In this document: in pieces, positions 35,775 to 46,324 of the stretch
How the letters are laid out: each line of letters begins with the position of its first letter
Position numbering within the stretch: the first letter of the stretch is position 1
Source: Sphingomonadales bacterium 12-68-11
GTDB taxonomy: Bacteria; Pseudomonadota; Alphaproteobacteria; Sphingomonadales; Sphingomonadaceae
NCBI GenBank assembly: GCA_002279825.1
Contig: NCCV01000006.1
Span: forward strand, 63,758-127,757
Direction: 5' to 3'
Length of the DNA stretch: 64,000 nucleotides
Notes under the pieces: generated by a model
The model's database searches: none
What the model saw: the letters and a program-made list of their open reading frames with translations, nothing else
Told to the model about the DNA's origin: nothing
Translations under genes and position numbers: made by a program

Positions 35775-37370
35775 GTGAAAGGTGAGCCGGACCTGATCGT
35801 GGTCGGCGGCGGGTCGGCGGGCATGGCCTGCGCCGCGCGGCTGGCCGAAGGCGGGCTCAGGGTGCTGCTGATCGAGGCCGGCAAGAGCCACCGCGACATC
35901 CGCTCGGCGGTCCCCGCGCTGATGGGCGGGGTGGTGCAGAACCCCGAATTCGACTGGTGCTACTCGGCCGAGCCCGATCCCTCGGTCGGCGGGCGGCCCG
36001 ACGTCTGGCCGGCGGGCAAGCGGCTCGGCGGCGGCAGCGCGATCAACGGGATGATGTTCATCCGCGGTCACCGCTGGGACTACGACCACTGGGCCGAACT
36101 GGGCGCCACCGGCTGGGACCATGCCAGCGTGCTGCCCTATTTCCGCCGGCTCGAGGACAACGCGCGCGGCGCCGACGCATGGCGCGGGCAGGGCGGGCCG
36201 ATCGCGGTGTCCGAAGTCCGCTCGCGCTACCCGGTTACCGACGACTGGCTCGCCGCCGCCGAACAGGCGGGCATCCCCCGCTCGCCCGATCTCAACGGCG
36301 AACTGGCCGAGGGCGCGGATTTCATCCAGCTCTCGCAGCGCCGCGGGCTACGCGCGTCGACCGCCGCCGGCTATCTCGCGAACAAGCCGGCGACGCTCGA
36401 AGTGCTGCTGGAAGCGCAGATACTTAAGATCGAAACCGCAGATGGGGTGGCAACGGGCGTGACGGTCCGGCGGGGCGGCGAAGTGCGCACCGTGCGGGCC
36501 CGCGCCGGGGTGGTGGTCTGCGCCGGCGCGCTCAACACGCCGCGGCTGCTGATGCTTTCGGGGATCGGACCTGCCGGGCAGTTGCAGGAGCATGGCATCG
36601 CCGCCGTCGCCGACGTGCCGGGGGTGGGGCAGAACCTCCAGGAACACCCGGGCTGCCACCTGGTCAACGCGGTCACGGCGCGCACGCTCAATGACGATTC
36701 GCGCGGGCCGGCCGCGCTGCTGTCGCTGCTCAAGCTGGTGTTCGCCCGCTCGGGCGCACTGACCACCGGGATCGGCCACGCGCAGGCGTTCGTGCGAACC
36801 CGCGAGGGGCTGCCGGCACCCAATATCCAGCTCGCCTTCAGCGCCTTCGCGTTCGAGATCACCCCCAAGGGCAACCTCGCGCTGGCCAAGGGCGCGGCGG
36901 TCAGCACGTTCGTGGCGTTGATGCGGCCCGCCGCGCGAGGACGGATCGCGCTGCGCAGCGCCGATCCCGACGCGCCGCCGCGGATCGAGCACTGCCTGCT
37001 CGGCGACGAGGACGACGCGGCGCAACTGGTCGAGGGGCTCAAGCTGGCGCGGCGAATCATGGCCCAGCCGGCGATCGCGGGGGAAGTCACCGGCGAGATC
37101 CGCCCCGGTGCCGCGGCCGACAGCCGCGAAGCGCTGCGCGGCTATGTCGGCGCGGCGACGATCCCGATGTTCCACCCCGTCGGCACCGCGAAGATGGGCG
37201 CGGCGAGCGACCCGCGGGCGGTAGTCGCGCCGGATTGCCGGGTGCGCGGGGTCGAGCGGCTGTGGGTTGCCGACGCCTCGATCATGCCGACGATCCCGCA
37301 AGGCAACACCAACGCCACCGCGATCATGATCGGCGAGCGCGCGAGCGATTTGATCTTGGCGGCGATCTAG
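35775..37370 (+). CDS. GMC family oxidoreductase (choline dehydrogenase-like flavoprotein)
   Basis: GTG 35775 preceded by GGGAGGGGG. FAD fold DLIVVGGGSAGMACAARLAE. GMC signatures GGGSAINGMMFIRG and HPVGTAKMG. Confidence 0.9.
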   Translation: MKGEPDLIVVGGGSAGMACAARLAEGGLRVLLIEAGKSHRDIRSAVPALMGGVVQNPEFDWCYSAEPDPSVGGRPDVWPAGKRLGGGSAINGMMFIRGHRWDYDHWAELGATGWDHASVLPYFRRLEDNARGADAWRGQGGPIAVSEVRSRYPVTDDWLAAAEQAGIPRSPDLNGELAEGADFIQLSQRRGLRASTAAGYLANKPATLEVLLEAQILKIETADGVATGVTVRRGGEVRTVRARAGVVVCAGALNTPRLLMLSGIGPAGQLQEHGIAAVADVPGVGQNLQEHPGCHLVNAVTARTLNDDSRGPAALLSLLKLVFARSGALTTGIGHAQAFVRTREGLPAPNIQLAFSAFAFEITPKGNLALAKGAAVSTFVALMRPAARGRIALRSADPDAPPRIEHCLLGDEDDAAQLVEGLKLARRIMAQPAIAGEVTGEIRPGAAADSREALRGYVGAATIPMFHPVGTAKMGAASDPRAVVAPDCRVRGVERLWVADASIMPTIPQGNTNATAIMIGERASDLILAAI

Positions 37371-37398
37371 CTGCCGCCGTCCCTCCCAAACTTCATTC

Positions 37399-37467
37399 CC
37401 GTTCGTGTCGAGCGAAGTCGAGACACGCCAGCGCCACCGTGTCTCGACGTCGCTCGACACGAACCGG
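37399..37467. repeat. REP/MITE-like palindromic element, copy 2 of 5
   Basis: CCGTTCGTGTCGAGCGAAGTCGAGACACG-loop-CGTGTCTCGACGTCGCTCGACACGAACCGG, 29 nt after the GMC stop. Confidence 0.88.
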
Positions 37468-37576
37468 ACAGGTTTGTGTGGTGCGGAGTTGGGCACGGCC
37501 GGTTCTCCCAAAGCCACCCGTCTTTTTCCGTTCGGAAAGCTCGGCTATGGCGGGGCGGATTGCAAGGGGGAGTGCC

Positions 37577-38836
37577 ATGTCCAGGTCGGTGTTCGGGTTC
37601 GTCAAAGTCTCGGTCGCCACGCTCGCGATAGCGCTCGCCGCCTCGCCCGCGCAGACTCAACCGGCCCAGCCGCCGATCGCCCGCTACACGATCGACGCGG
37701 GCACTTCCTCGGGCATGATGGCGATGGGCGGCGGCGGCGGGATCGGCGCGGCGATGGCGATGATGCGCGGCGGGGGCAACCAGGTCGCGCACGAGCTGAT
37801 CCTGCGCCTCGGCTCGACCCGTGCCGCCACCGGCGAGCCCAAGGCCGATCACTTCCTGCCCACCGGCGCGCGTATGGGCGCCTCTCTGCCGCTGGTCACG
37901 CCGCCGCGCGGCCGGGCCGGTCCGGTGCCCGACGGACCGACCGAGCGCACGCCCGACCAGCAGTTGCCGCAAGGGCGACTGCTGCTGTTCTGGGGCTGCG
38001 GCGAGCGCGCCGGGCCGGGCCAGCCGGTGGTGATCGATTTCTCGCGCCTCGCGCGCGGGCAGGTGCCGCCGGGGCTCTACGCCCAGAACCTCAACCTGCC
38101 CGACGACTGGAGCCTGTCCGGCAGCAACAACATCACCTTCGGCGAATGGCCCAACGGCCGCAACCCGCGCCCGGTCCCTGCCGATGCCTCGCTGCTCGGC
38201 GCGCACCGCATTGCCAGCACTTATGCGCCCGAGATCAGCTTCACGCTGGCGGACGATTTCATGCCCGGGCTCAACCCCGTCGGCCGCGATCTGCCGAGCG
38301 GGGCGGTGGCGCTGAGCTGGACCGGCGCGCCCAAGGCGACCGGCTATTACGCCTGGGCGATCGGTTCCAGCGCGGAAGGCAATTCGCGCGACATGGTGTG
38401 GTGGACCTCGTCCTCGACTCAGCAGTTCGGCGGGCCGATGAGCGACTGGATCTCGCCCGCCGCCGCCGCGCGGCTGGTCGCGGCCGGCACGCTGCTGGCG
38501 CCGAGCCGGACCACGTGCACGGTCCCCGCCGAAGTGCGCGAAGCCGGCGGGCAAGTGTTGATGACGCAGCTGTTCGGCTACGGCCCGCAGGCCGATTTCG
38601 CTTATCCGCCGCGCCCGGCCGACGCCCGCACCCCGTGGCGGCCCGAATGGACCGCGCGTGTGCGGTTCCGCTCCAACGCGATGGTCATGCTCGGGATGCC
38701 CGGCATGGGTGGAATGAGCGACGCCGACGAGCCCGAGGCCGCAGAGGCGGGCGCCCCCGCCCCGGCGTCGGCCGCCAAGCCTCGGTGCCGCGGCCTGCGC
38801 GGCATCGCCGAACGCGCGGCGGGTCTGTGCGAGTAG
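37577..38836 (+). CDS. hypothetical secreted protein with Met/Gly-rich tracts
   Basis: ATG 37577 preceded by AAGGGGGAG. Signal peptide MSRSVFGFVKVSVATLAIALAASPAQTQ. SSGMMAMGGGGGIGAAMAMMRGGG near the N-terminus and NAMVMLGMPGMGGMSD near the C-terminus. No family recognised. Confidence 0.7.
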   Translation: MSRSVFGFVKVSVATLAIALAASPAQTQPAQPPIARYTIDAGTSSGMMAMGGGGGIGAAMAMMRGGGNQVAHELILRLGSTRAATGEPKADHFLPTGARMGASLPLVTPPRGRAGPVPDGPTERTPDQQLPQGRLLLFWGCGERAGPGQPVVIDFSRLARGQVPPGLYAQNLNLPDDWSLSGSNNITFGEWPNGRNPRPVPADASLLGAHRIASTYAPEISFTLADDFMPGLNPVGRDLPSGAVALSWTGAPKATGYYAWAIGSSAEGNSRDMVWWTSSSTQQFGGPMSDWISPAAAARLVAAGTLLAPSRTTCTVPAEVREAGGQVLMTQLFGYGPQADFAYPPRPADARTPWRPEWTARVRFRSNAMVMLGMPGMGGMSDADEPEAAEAGAPAPASAAKPRCRGLRGIAERAAGLCE

Positions 38837-38857
38837 GTTAGGGAGTTTTTCCAACTC

Positions 38858-38924
38858 CCGTTCGTGTCGAGCGCAGTCGAGACACGCCAGCGCGAGGTGT
38901 CTCGACGACGCTCGACACGAACGG
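38858..38924. repeat. REP/MITE-like palindromic element, copy 3 of 5
   Basis: CCGTTCGTGTCGAGCGCAGTCGAGACACG-loop-GTGTCTCGACGACGCTCGACACGAACGG, between convergent stops at 38836 and 38932. Confidence 0.88.
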
Positions 38925-38931
38925 ACGTAGC

Positions 38932-39243
38932 TTAGTGCGGGACGCTAACGGCAGCCCGCTCCGCTGCGATCTTGCGCCGGACAAGCCCGTCGTTGAGGAA
39001 AGTCCCGAACGGGAACAACGCCGCGATGAAGGTTCGCGCCCATTGCCACAGGCTGAAGCCCCGCCCCGGCAGGCACACCGCCATTGCCGCCAGGTAAAGC
39101 AGCCAGGCCATGCCGTGCGCCATGCCGACCGGCGGCACCAGCAGCGGATTGCCGAGCGCGTACTTGAGCGGCATCGCCACCAGGAACAGCGCGATCGTGG
39201 TCACGCCCTCGAGGAGGGCGACGAAGCGAAACACTTGCAGCAC
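38932..39243 (-). CDS. DUF3817-type small integral membrane protein
   Basis: 103 aa, 3 TM. MLQVFRFVALLEGVTTIALFLVAMPLKY... is typical of this family (recalled, not searched). Confidence 0.65.
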   Translation of the reverse strand: MLQVFRFVALLEGVTTIALFLVAMPLKYALGNPLLVPPVGMAHGMAWLLYLAAMAVCLPGRGFSLWQWARTFIAALFPFGTFLNDGLVRRKIAAERAAVSVPH

Positions 39244-39244
39244 G

Positions 39245-40348
39245 TCAGGAGAGCCGTTTGACCCAGCCGTGCGGATCGGGCGCGGAGCCGTGCTGGATCG
39301 CCACCAGCCGCTCGCGCAGCCGGCTCGTCAATTGGCCCGGCCCGCCGCCGCCGATGGTGAACTCGCCGTCGCGCCCGGCGACCCGGCCGACCGCGGTGAC
39401 TACTGCCGCGGTGCCGCAGGCGAAGGTCTCGAGCAGCTTGCCGCTCGCCGCGTCGGCGCGCCATTGGTCGAGGCTGTAGCGCTCCTCGCGCACCGCCAGG
39501 CCTTCCTCGCGCGCCAGCATGATCAGGCTGTCGCGGGTGATCCCGGGCAGGATCGTGCCCGACAGCGGCGGGGTCACGATCGAGCCGTCGTCGAACACGA
39601 AGAACAGGTTCATGCCGCCCAGTTCCTCGATCCAGCGGCGCTCGGCCGCGTCGAGGAACACTACCTGGTCGTGCCCGCGCGCGATCGCCTCGGCCTGCGG
39701 CACCAGGCTCGCGGCGTAGTTGCCGCCGCACTTGGCCGCACCGGTCCCGCCGGGCGCGGCGCGGGTGTAGTCGCTGGAGACCCAGATGGAGACCGCCGGC
39801 GCGCCCGACTTGAAGTAATTGCCCGCTGGGCTGCAGATCACCAGGAACTTGTATTGCTTCGCCGGCCGCACGCCGAGGAACGGCTCGTCGGCGATCATGA
39901 ACGGGCGCATGTAGAGCGAGCCGCCCTGGACTTCGGGGAACCACGCGCGGTCGGCCCGCGCCAGCACCTCGACCGCCTCGACGAACACCTCCTCGGGCAA
40001 TTCGGGCATCGCCAGCCGACGCGCGGAGGCGTTGAAGCGGCGCGCGTTCTGCTCGGGGCGGAACAGCGCCAGCGCCCCATCGTCGAGCCGGTAGGCCTTG
40101 AGCCCTTCGAAAATCTCCTGCGCATAGTGCAGCACGGCGGCGGCCGGATCGAGCGTCAGCGGCGCGCGCGGACCGAGCGTGGCATCGTGCCAGCCGCGCC
40201 CTTCGTGCCATTCGATCGTGACCATGTGGTCGGTGAACACTTTGCCGAAGCCGGGATCGGCGATCGCTGCGGCACGCGCGGCGGCGGGCACCGGGGCGGG
40301 GTGGGGGACGCGGCTAAAGGCCAGGCGGGGTTCGGCAAGCGTCGCCAT
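39245..40348 (-). CDS. ilvE: branched-chain amino acid aminotransferase (fold-type IV PLP)
   Basis: 367 aa. FGKVFTDHMV, LHYAQEIFEGLKAY, and the AAKCGGNYAASL lysine region are typical of long-form IlvE. Confidence 0.92.
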   Translation of the reverse strand: MATLAEPRLAFSRVPHPAPVPAAARAAAIADPGFGKVFTDHMVTIEWHEGRGWHDATLGPRAPLTLDPAAAVLHYAQEIFEGLKAYRLDDGALALFRPEQNARRFNASARRLAMPELPEEVFVEAVEVLARADRAWFPEVQGGSLYMRPFMIADEPFLGVRPAKQYKFLVICSPAGNYFKSGAPAVSIWVSSDYTRAAPGGTGAAKCGGNYAASLVPQAEAIARGHDQVVFLDAAERRWIEELGGMNLFFVFDDGSIVTPPLSGTILPGITRDSLIMLAREEGLAVREERYSLDQWRADAASGKLLETFACGTAAVVTAVGRVAGRDGEFTIGGGGPGQLTSRLRERLVAIQHGSAPDPHGWVKRLS

Positions 40349-40464
40349 GCTATGCTATCCTTGCTTTCATCAACTCAATAGAGAACGAAAGTTTCAAGAT
40401 GACAATCAAAATTGTAATTTCATTAGAAACGTTCGACTGATGATCTGCTGGTAGCGGCGGCAGG

Positions 40465-40508
40465 CGAAAATGAGAAGGGCGGCACCGCGCGTCGCGGTAC
40501 CGCCCTTC
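40465..40508 (-). terminator. rho-independent terminator-like hairpin
   Basis: Minus strand reads GAAGGGCGGTACCGCG-ACG-CGCGGTGCCGCCCTTC, followed by TCATTTTCG. Lies 57 nt downstream of the sORF stop and ~120 nt upstream of the ilvE start. Confidence 0.6.
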
Positions 40509-40564
40509 ACATGGTCAGCGGCCGTGAGAGCCGCCCACGAAGCCTCTATCGGCGAAAGAAGAGA

Positions 40565-40621
40565 TTACCGATAATGCTCCGCGAGGGTCGTCACCGACCT
40601 CCCTGCTGAACCATGAGACAT
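40565..40621 (-). CDS. candidate 18-codon sORF (MSHGSAGRSVTTLAEHYR)
   Basis: ATG at 40621 sits 7 nt after GGAGG within a 14-15-nt perfect anti-16S complement. Stop TAA at 40565-40567. No homology is assessable by eye. Confidence 0.3.
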   Translation of the reverse strand: MSHGSAGRSVTTLAEHYR

Positions 40622-40622
40622 C

Positions 40623-40637
40623 GGATCACCTCCTTTC
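40623..40637. promoter_or_regulatory. 15-nt perfect identity to the 16S rRNA 3' tail (plus strand), equal to an extended Shine-Dalgarno on the minus strand
   Basis: Plus strand GGATCACCTCCTTTC. Minus strand GAAAGGAGGTGATCC, followed by G and ATG. Confidence 0.6.
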
Positions 40638-40820
40638 GCGCTTGGAAGCCAGACCGCTCGTTTCACCGGCGGACAGGCCCGCGTGTGCCGCTGGCCTGGT
40701 GCGATATTTGAGTCACCGCAGCGCACAACACAAGTCTTGCATTTATCTTTTTCACCGTCAGAATTGGGGCTTCGCGCCGCGTTGCAGCGAACCCCTCAAA
40801 TCGGCGGAAAAACGCGGCGC

Positions 40821-41363
40821 TCAGCGGCAGTCTTCGATCACGCGCAGCACCTCGGGCCAGCTCGGCACATAGAGCGCCGGCAGGCCGGGCATCTCCACGG
40901 CGAACCGGCCCTTCGAGAACGCCATCGCGTCGAGGATCGCATCGCCGGCGGAGACCGCGGCGACGAGCGCGCCGCCCTGTACGACCGTCTGCAGCGACCG
41001 GTCGGTGAATTCGGTGCGGACCGTCATCGCCAGCGGATCAGGCGCGCCCCCGGTGCGGGCGATCGTAATCATGCCGCGCACGCGGTCGCAGCGCAGCGCC
41101 AGCAGCGGCGCCCCGGCATCCCCGAATGTCGCGGCGCCCGGGGTGTAGCGCCAGTTCCCGGGCGTGATCGGCGCGTCCATCCAGTTTCCCGTGAAGGGCG
41201 GGGGCACAGGCGGCGGCGCGGGCGCGGGTGTCGGCGCCGGGGGCGGGGCTGGGGCAGGGGCCGGAGCCGGCGGCGGGCTTTGCGGCGGCGCCACGCAGCC
41301 GCTCAGCGCCAAGCAGGCCAGCCCGGCGCCGGCCAGCAGCGCCGGAAAAGGGCGAAAGCGCAT
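40821..41363 (-). CDS. lipoprotein with Pro/Ala-rich linker, function unknown
   Basis: MRFRPFPALLAGAGLACLALSGC lipobox, then a PPPAPAPAPAPPPAPTPAPAPPPVPPP linker and a ~110-aa globular C-terminus. Start re-picked inside ORF 40821..41477. Confidence 0.7.
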   Translation of the reverse strand: MRFRPFPALLAGAGLACLALSGCVAPPQSPPPAPAPAPAPPPAPTPAPAPPPVPPPFTGNWMDAPITPGNWRYTPGAATFGDAGAPLLALRCDRVRGMITIARTGGAPDPLAMTVRTEFTDRSLQTVVQGGALVAAVSAGDAILDAMAFSKGRFAVEMPGLPALYVPSWPEVLRVIEDCR

Positions 41364-41450
41364 ACGGGGCTCCTGTCTGGAAAGGCGTTCGGGCATTGCG
41401 GGGCAACAAGCCGCTGGCCTCGCCGGTTCCACCGACCTATCGCACCGGCG

Positions 41451-42188
41451 ATGGCGGAAAAGCGGCGGATCGACCAATTGCTCGTCGAGCGCGGGCTAGC
41501 CGAGAGCCGGGCGCGCGCGCAAGCACTAGTGATGGCGGGCCTGGTGTTCGCCGGCGAGAAGCGCATCGACAAACCCGGCCAGCCGGTCGCGGACGATGCC
41601 AGCCTCGAGGTGCGCGGACGCGATCACCCGTGGGTCGGCCGGGGCGGCGTGAAGCTCGCTCACGCGCTCGCGCATTTCGGGCTCGATCCCAAGGGCGCGG
41701 TGGCGATCGACGTCGGCAGCTCGACCGGCGGCTTCACCGAAGTGCTGCTGGCGAACGGCGCGGCGCATGTCTTCGCGGTCGATGTCGGCACCAACCAGCT
41801 CGCCTGGAAGCTGCGCCAGGATGCGCGCGTCACGGTGCTCGAACAGGTCAACGCCCGCGAGCTGACGGTGCAGCAGATCGACCGCGCCTGCGACTGGGTG
41901 GTGTGCGACGCCTCGTTCATCGGCCTCGCCAAAGTGCTCGAGCGGCCGCTGATCCTCGCCGAGCGGCGCTGCACGCTGGTGGCGCTGATCAAACCGCAGT
42001 TCGAAGTCGCGCGCGGCGAAGTCGGCAAGGGCGGCATCGTCCGCGATCCCGCGCTCCACGCGCGCGTCTGCGGGGAAGTGCGCGACTGGCTCGAGGCGGG
42101 GGGCTGGCGCATTCTCGGCCTAACCGAGAGCCCGATCACCGGCAGCGAGGGCAATGTCGAGTTCCTGATCGCGGCGGAACGCGGGTAA
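41451..42188 (+). CDS. tlyA: TlyA family rRNA 2'-O-methyltransferase (S4 + FtsJ domains)
   Basis: MAEKRRIDQLLVERGLAESRARAQALVMAGLV (S4) and the IDVGSSTGGFTEVLL SAM motif. In-frame tail of ORF 40683..42188. Confidence 0.88.
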   Translation: MAEKRRIDQLLVERGLAESRARAQALVMAGLVFAGEKRIDKPGQPVADDASLEVRGRDHPWVGRGGVKLAHALAHFGLDPKGAVAIDVGSSTGGFTEVLLANGAAHVFAVDVGTNQLAWKLRQDARVTVLEQVNARELTVQQIDRACDWVVCDASFIGLAKVLERPLILAERRCTLVALIKPQFEVARGEVGKGGIVRDPALHARVCGEVRDWLEAGGWRILGLTESPITGSEGNVEFLIAAERG

Positions 42189-42261
42189 TTTCCGCCGCTC
42201 CGTTGCCTCGGCCCCTTGCGCCCGCCAATAGGCACTGGCCCGAATCGATCAGGGAGCGCCG

Positions 42262-42816
42262 ATGAATCGCCTCGCCTCGCCCGCGCAATTGCGTGCCAGC
42301 CTGCTCCGCTGGGCGCTGTTCACGGTGCCGTTGGTCGTTTTGCTCGGCTTCCTGTCCGGCTATGGCGCCGGCAGCGGGGCCGACGACCCGTGGTTCGCCG
42401 CGCTCGACAAGCCGGCGATCTATCCGCCCCCGGCGGCATTCGGGATCGTCTGGACCATCCTCTACGCCCTGATGGGCTTTTCGCTCGCGCTGGTCTGCTC
42501 GGCGTGGGGCGCGCGCTACCGCCTGCCGGCGATCCTCGCTTTCGTCGTCCAACTGCTGCTCAATCTGGCCTGGTCGCCGGCATTCTTCGCGCTGCACGAC
42601 ATCCGCCTGGCGCTGGGGACTATTCTCGCCCTCGACGTGGCGGTGCTGCTGACGATCGCGCTGTTCTGGCGCGTGCGGCGCGCGGCGGCGCTGTTGCTGC
42701 TGCCCTACCTGGCGTGGATCCTGTTCGCGACCGCGCTCAACTGGCAGTTTCTCGAGCTCAACCCGAACGCCGGCACCTGGCAGGATCCCAACGCCGTGCA
42801 GCGGATCGAGCTTTAG
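42262..42816 (+). CDS. tspO: TspO/MBR family tryptophan-rich sensory protein
   Basis: 184 aa, 5 TM. WFAALDKPAIYPPPAAFGIVWTILY and LLLNLAWSPAFF motifs. Confidence 0.88.
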   Translation: MNRLASPAQLRASLLRWALFTVPLVVLLGFLSGYGAGSGADDPWFAALDKPAIYPPPAAFGIVWTILYALMGFSLALVCSAWGARYRLPAILAFVVQLLLNLAWSPAFFALHDIRLALGTILALDVAVLLTIALFWRVRRAAALLLLPYLAWILFATALNWQFLELNPNAGTWQDPNAVQRIEL

Positions 42817-42855
42817 CCGGTTGCCTTAACCGGACGGCAGGACCACATAACCGTC

Positions 42856-43110
42856 ATGCAAAGCGAAAACCCGATCGTCGCCGATTTCGTCAAGCTGGCC
42901 AACGCGCTCGGCGGCACGCTCGCGGGCATGACCCGCGAAGCCCGCGGCAACGCGCGCGAACGCGTCAAGGAAGCGCTCGGCGGGCTCGACTTCGTCAGCC
43001 GCGAGGAATTCGACGCGGTCAAGGCGATGGCCGCCAGGGCCCGCGCCGACAGCGAAGCGCTCGCCGCGCGCGTGGCCGCGCTCGAAGCGGCGGCAACCAA
43101 CAAAAGCTAG
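42856..43110 (+). CDS. ubiK: accessory factor UbiK (YqiC/BMFP) family protein
   Basis: 84 aa. GLDFVSREEFDAVKAMAARARADSEALAARVAALE coiled-coil typical of the family. Confidence 0.75.
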   Translation: MQSENPIVADFVKLANALGGTLAGMTREARGNARERVKEALGGLDFVSREEFDAVKAMAARARADSEALAARVAALEAAATNKS

Positions 43111-43163
43111 TCTTGGAACATCCGCCCGGTCCGCGCCGTTAGGGTGCGGAGACACAGGGCGTC

Positions 43164-43457
43164 ATGTTCACTCAGCTTGCCAATCCCATTCCGGTTCACG
43201 TGCTCGACAAGGGCGATGGCTACGCCATTGCCGTGATCGACTACGGCCAGGAGCATGACCTGCTCTGGGTGACCGCGCTCGATGCATCGGGCGAGATCTG
43301 GTGCGCGCCCAACCCGCGCGTGCGCATGCAACCCAACTGGACGATGGGGCGCCGCGCGCGTCCCGCTGCCGATCGCACTCCCGAACCTGCAGCTGCAGCT
43401 GATTTTGCGGACCAGGCAGGCGAGCCCTGTACTGACTGCTCGGCTGTGCTCGTTTAG
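43164..43457 (+). CDS. small hypothetical protein (97 aa)
   Basis: MFTQLANPIPVHVLDKGDGYAIAVIDYGQEHDLLWVTALDASGEIWCAPNPRVRM... Reasonable third-position G+C. No family recognised. Confidence 0.55.
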   Translation: MFTQLANPIPVHVLDKGDGYAIAVIDYGQEHDLLWVTALDASGEIWCAPNPRVRMQPNWTMGRRARPAADRTPEPAAAADFADQAGEPCTDCSAVLV

Positions 43458-43459
43458 CC

Positions 43460-43492
43460 GCGCGGCCGCCCCGCGCATCGAACTTTTCTTTC
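43460..43492 (+). terminator. terminator-like hairpin plus T-rich tract
   Basis: GCGCGG-CCGCC-CCGCGC, followed by ATCGAACTTTTCTTTCT, immediately after the 97-aa ORF stop. Confidence 0.45.
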
Positions 43493-43556
43493 TGGTCGGC
43501 GCCGCACCGAGGACGCCGGCGATACCTCATTCATTCGCTTCCCCTGGAGACGTCAC

Positions 43557-45674
<2,118 letters not shown>

Positions 45675-45705
45675 CCAGCCTGAATTGACGGGCTAAGGGG
45701 GCGCG

Positions 45706-46311
45706 ATGCATGTCCGCGCCCCCGCGATCCTGATCGCCGCCCGCCCGCACGGCGAGACCGCGGTTATCGCGCGGCTCCTCACCGAGGACCTGGGCCTCGT
45801 CGCCGGCTATGTCGCGGGCGGGCGCGGGCGGCGGCTGCGGCCGGTGACGATCCCGGGCAACGCGGTCGATCTCGAGCTGAGCGCCCGCTCCGACAGCCAG
45901 CTCCCGTTCGCCAGGCTCGAGCTGACCGCCAGCCGCGGCCCGTGGCTCGGTGAGCCGCTGGCCGCGGCGGCGATCGGCTGGGCCTGCGCGCTGACCGCCA
46001 CCGCGCTGCCCGAGCGCCAGCCGTACCCCGCGCTTTACCAGTCGCTCGGCGCGTTGCTCGAAGCGGTCTGCAACGCGCCGTCGGCGCGCGGCTGGGCGCC
46101 GGCGCTGGTCGGCTACGAGACGCTGCTGCTGCGCGAACTCGGTTATGGCGCCGAGGGGACTTTGGGCGAGCGGCCGACCGGCGATCTGCCCGAGATCCTC
46201 GGCGCGATGGACCGTCTTGGGACTCTGCTCGAACGCTACTTGCTTGCCGACCGGCGCGGCGATGTTATGGCCGCGCGCCAACGGCTGAGGGACTTGCTGG
46301 GTCGCATATGA
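45706..46311 (+). CDS. recO: DNA repair protein RecO
   Basis: 201 aa. N-terminal OB-fold pattern ([33 protein letters not shown]) and C-terminal LLRELGYG are typical of short alphaproteobacterial RecO. Confidence 0.75.
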   Translation: MHVRAPAILIAARPHGETAVIARLLTEDLGLVAGYVAGGRGRRLRPVTIPGNAVDLELSARSDSQLPFARLELTASRGPWLGEPLAAAAIGWACALTATALPERQPYPALYQSLGALLEAVCNAPSARGWAPALVGYETLLLRELGYGAEGTLGERPTGDLPEILGAMDRLGTLLERYLLADRRGDVMAARQRLRDLLGRI

Positions 46312-46324
46312 AAATCGCCTGCCC

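Noticed and set aside
40623-40637. Possible 16S rRNA gene fragment or rRNA operon edge.
   Set aside because: Only 15 nt match the 16S tail. The preceding sequence does not continue into the conserved ...GTAACCGTAGGGGAACCTGCGGCTG context, and no ITS, tRNA-Ile or tRNA-Ala follows. Kept instead as an SD / anti-SD-mimic finding.
41190-41290. GC-rich quasi-repetitive DNA (GGCGCGGGCGCGGGTGTCGGCGCCGGGGGCGGGGCTGGGGC...).
   Set aside because: It is the coding sequence, on the minus strand, of a Pro/Ala-rich linker (PAPAPAPAPPPAPTPAPAPPP) in the lipoprotein. This is low-complexity coding sequence, not a structured tandem repeat.
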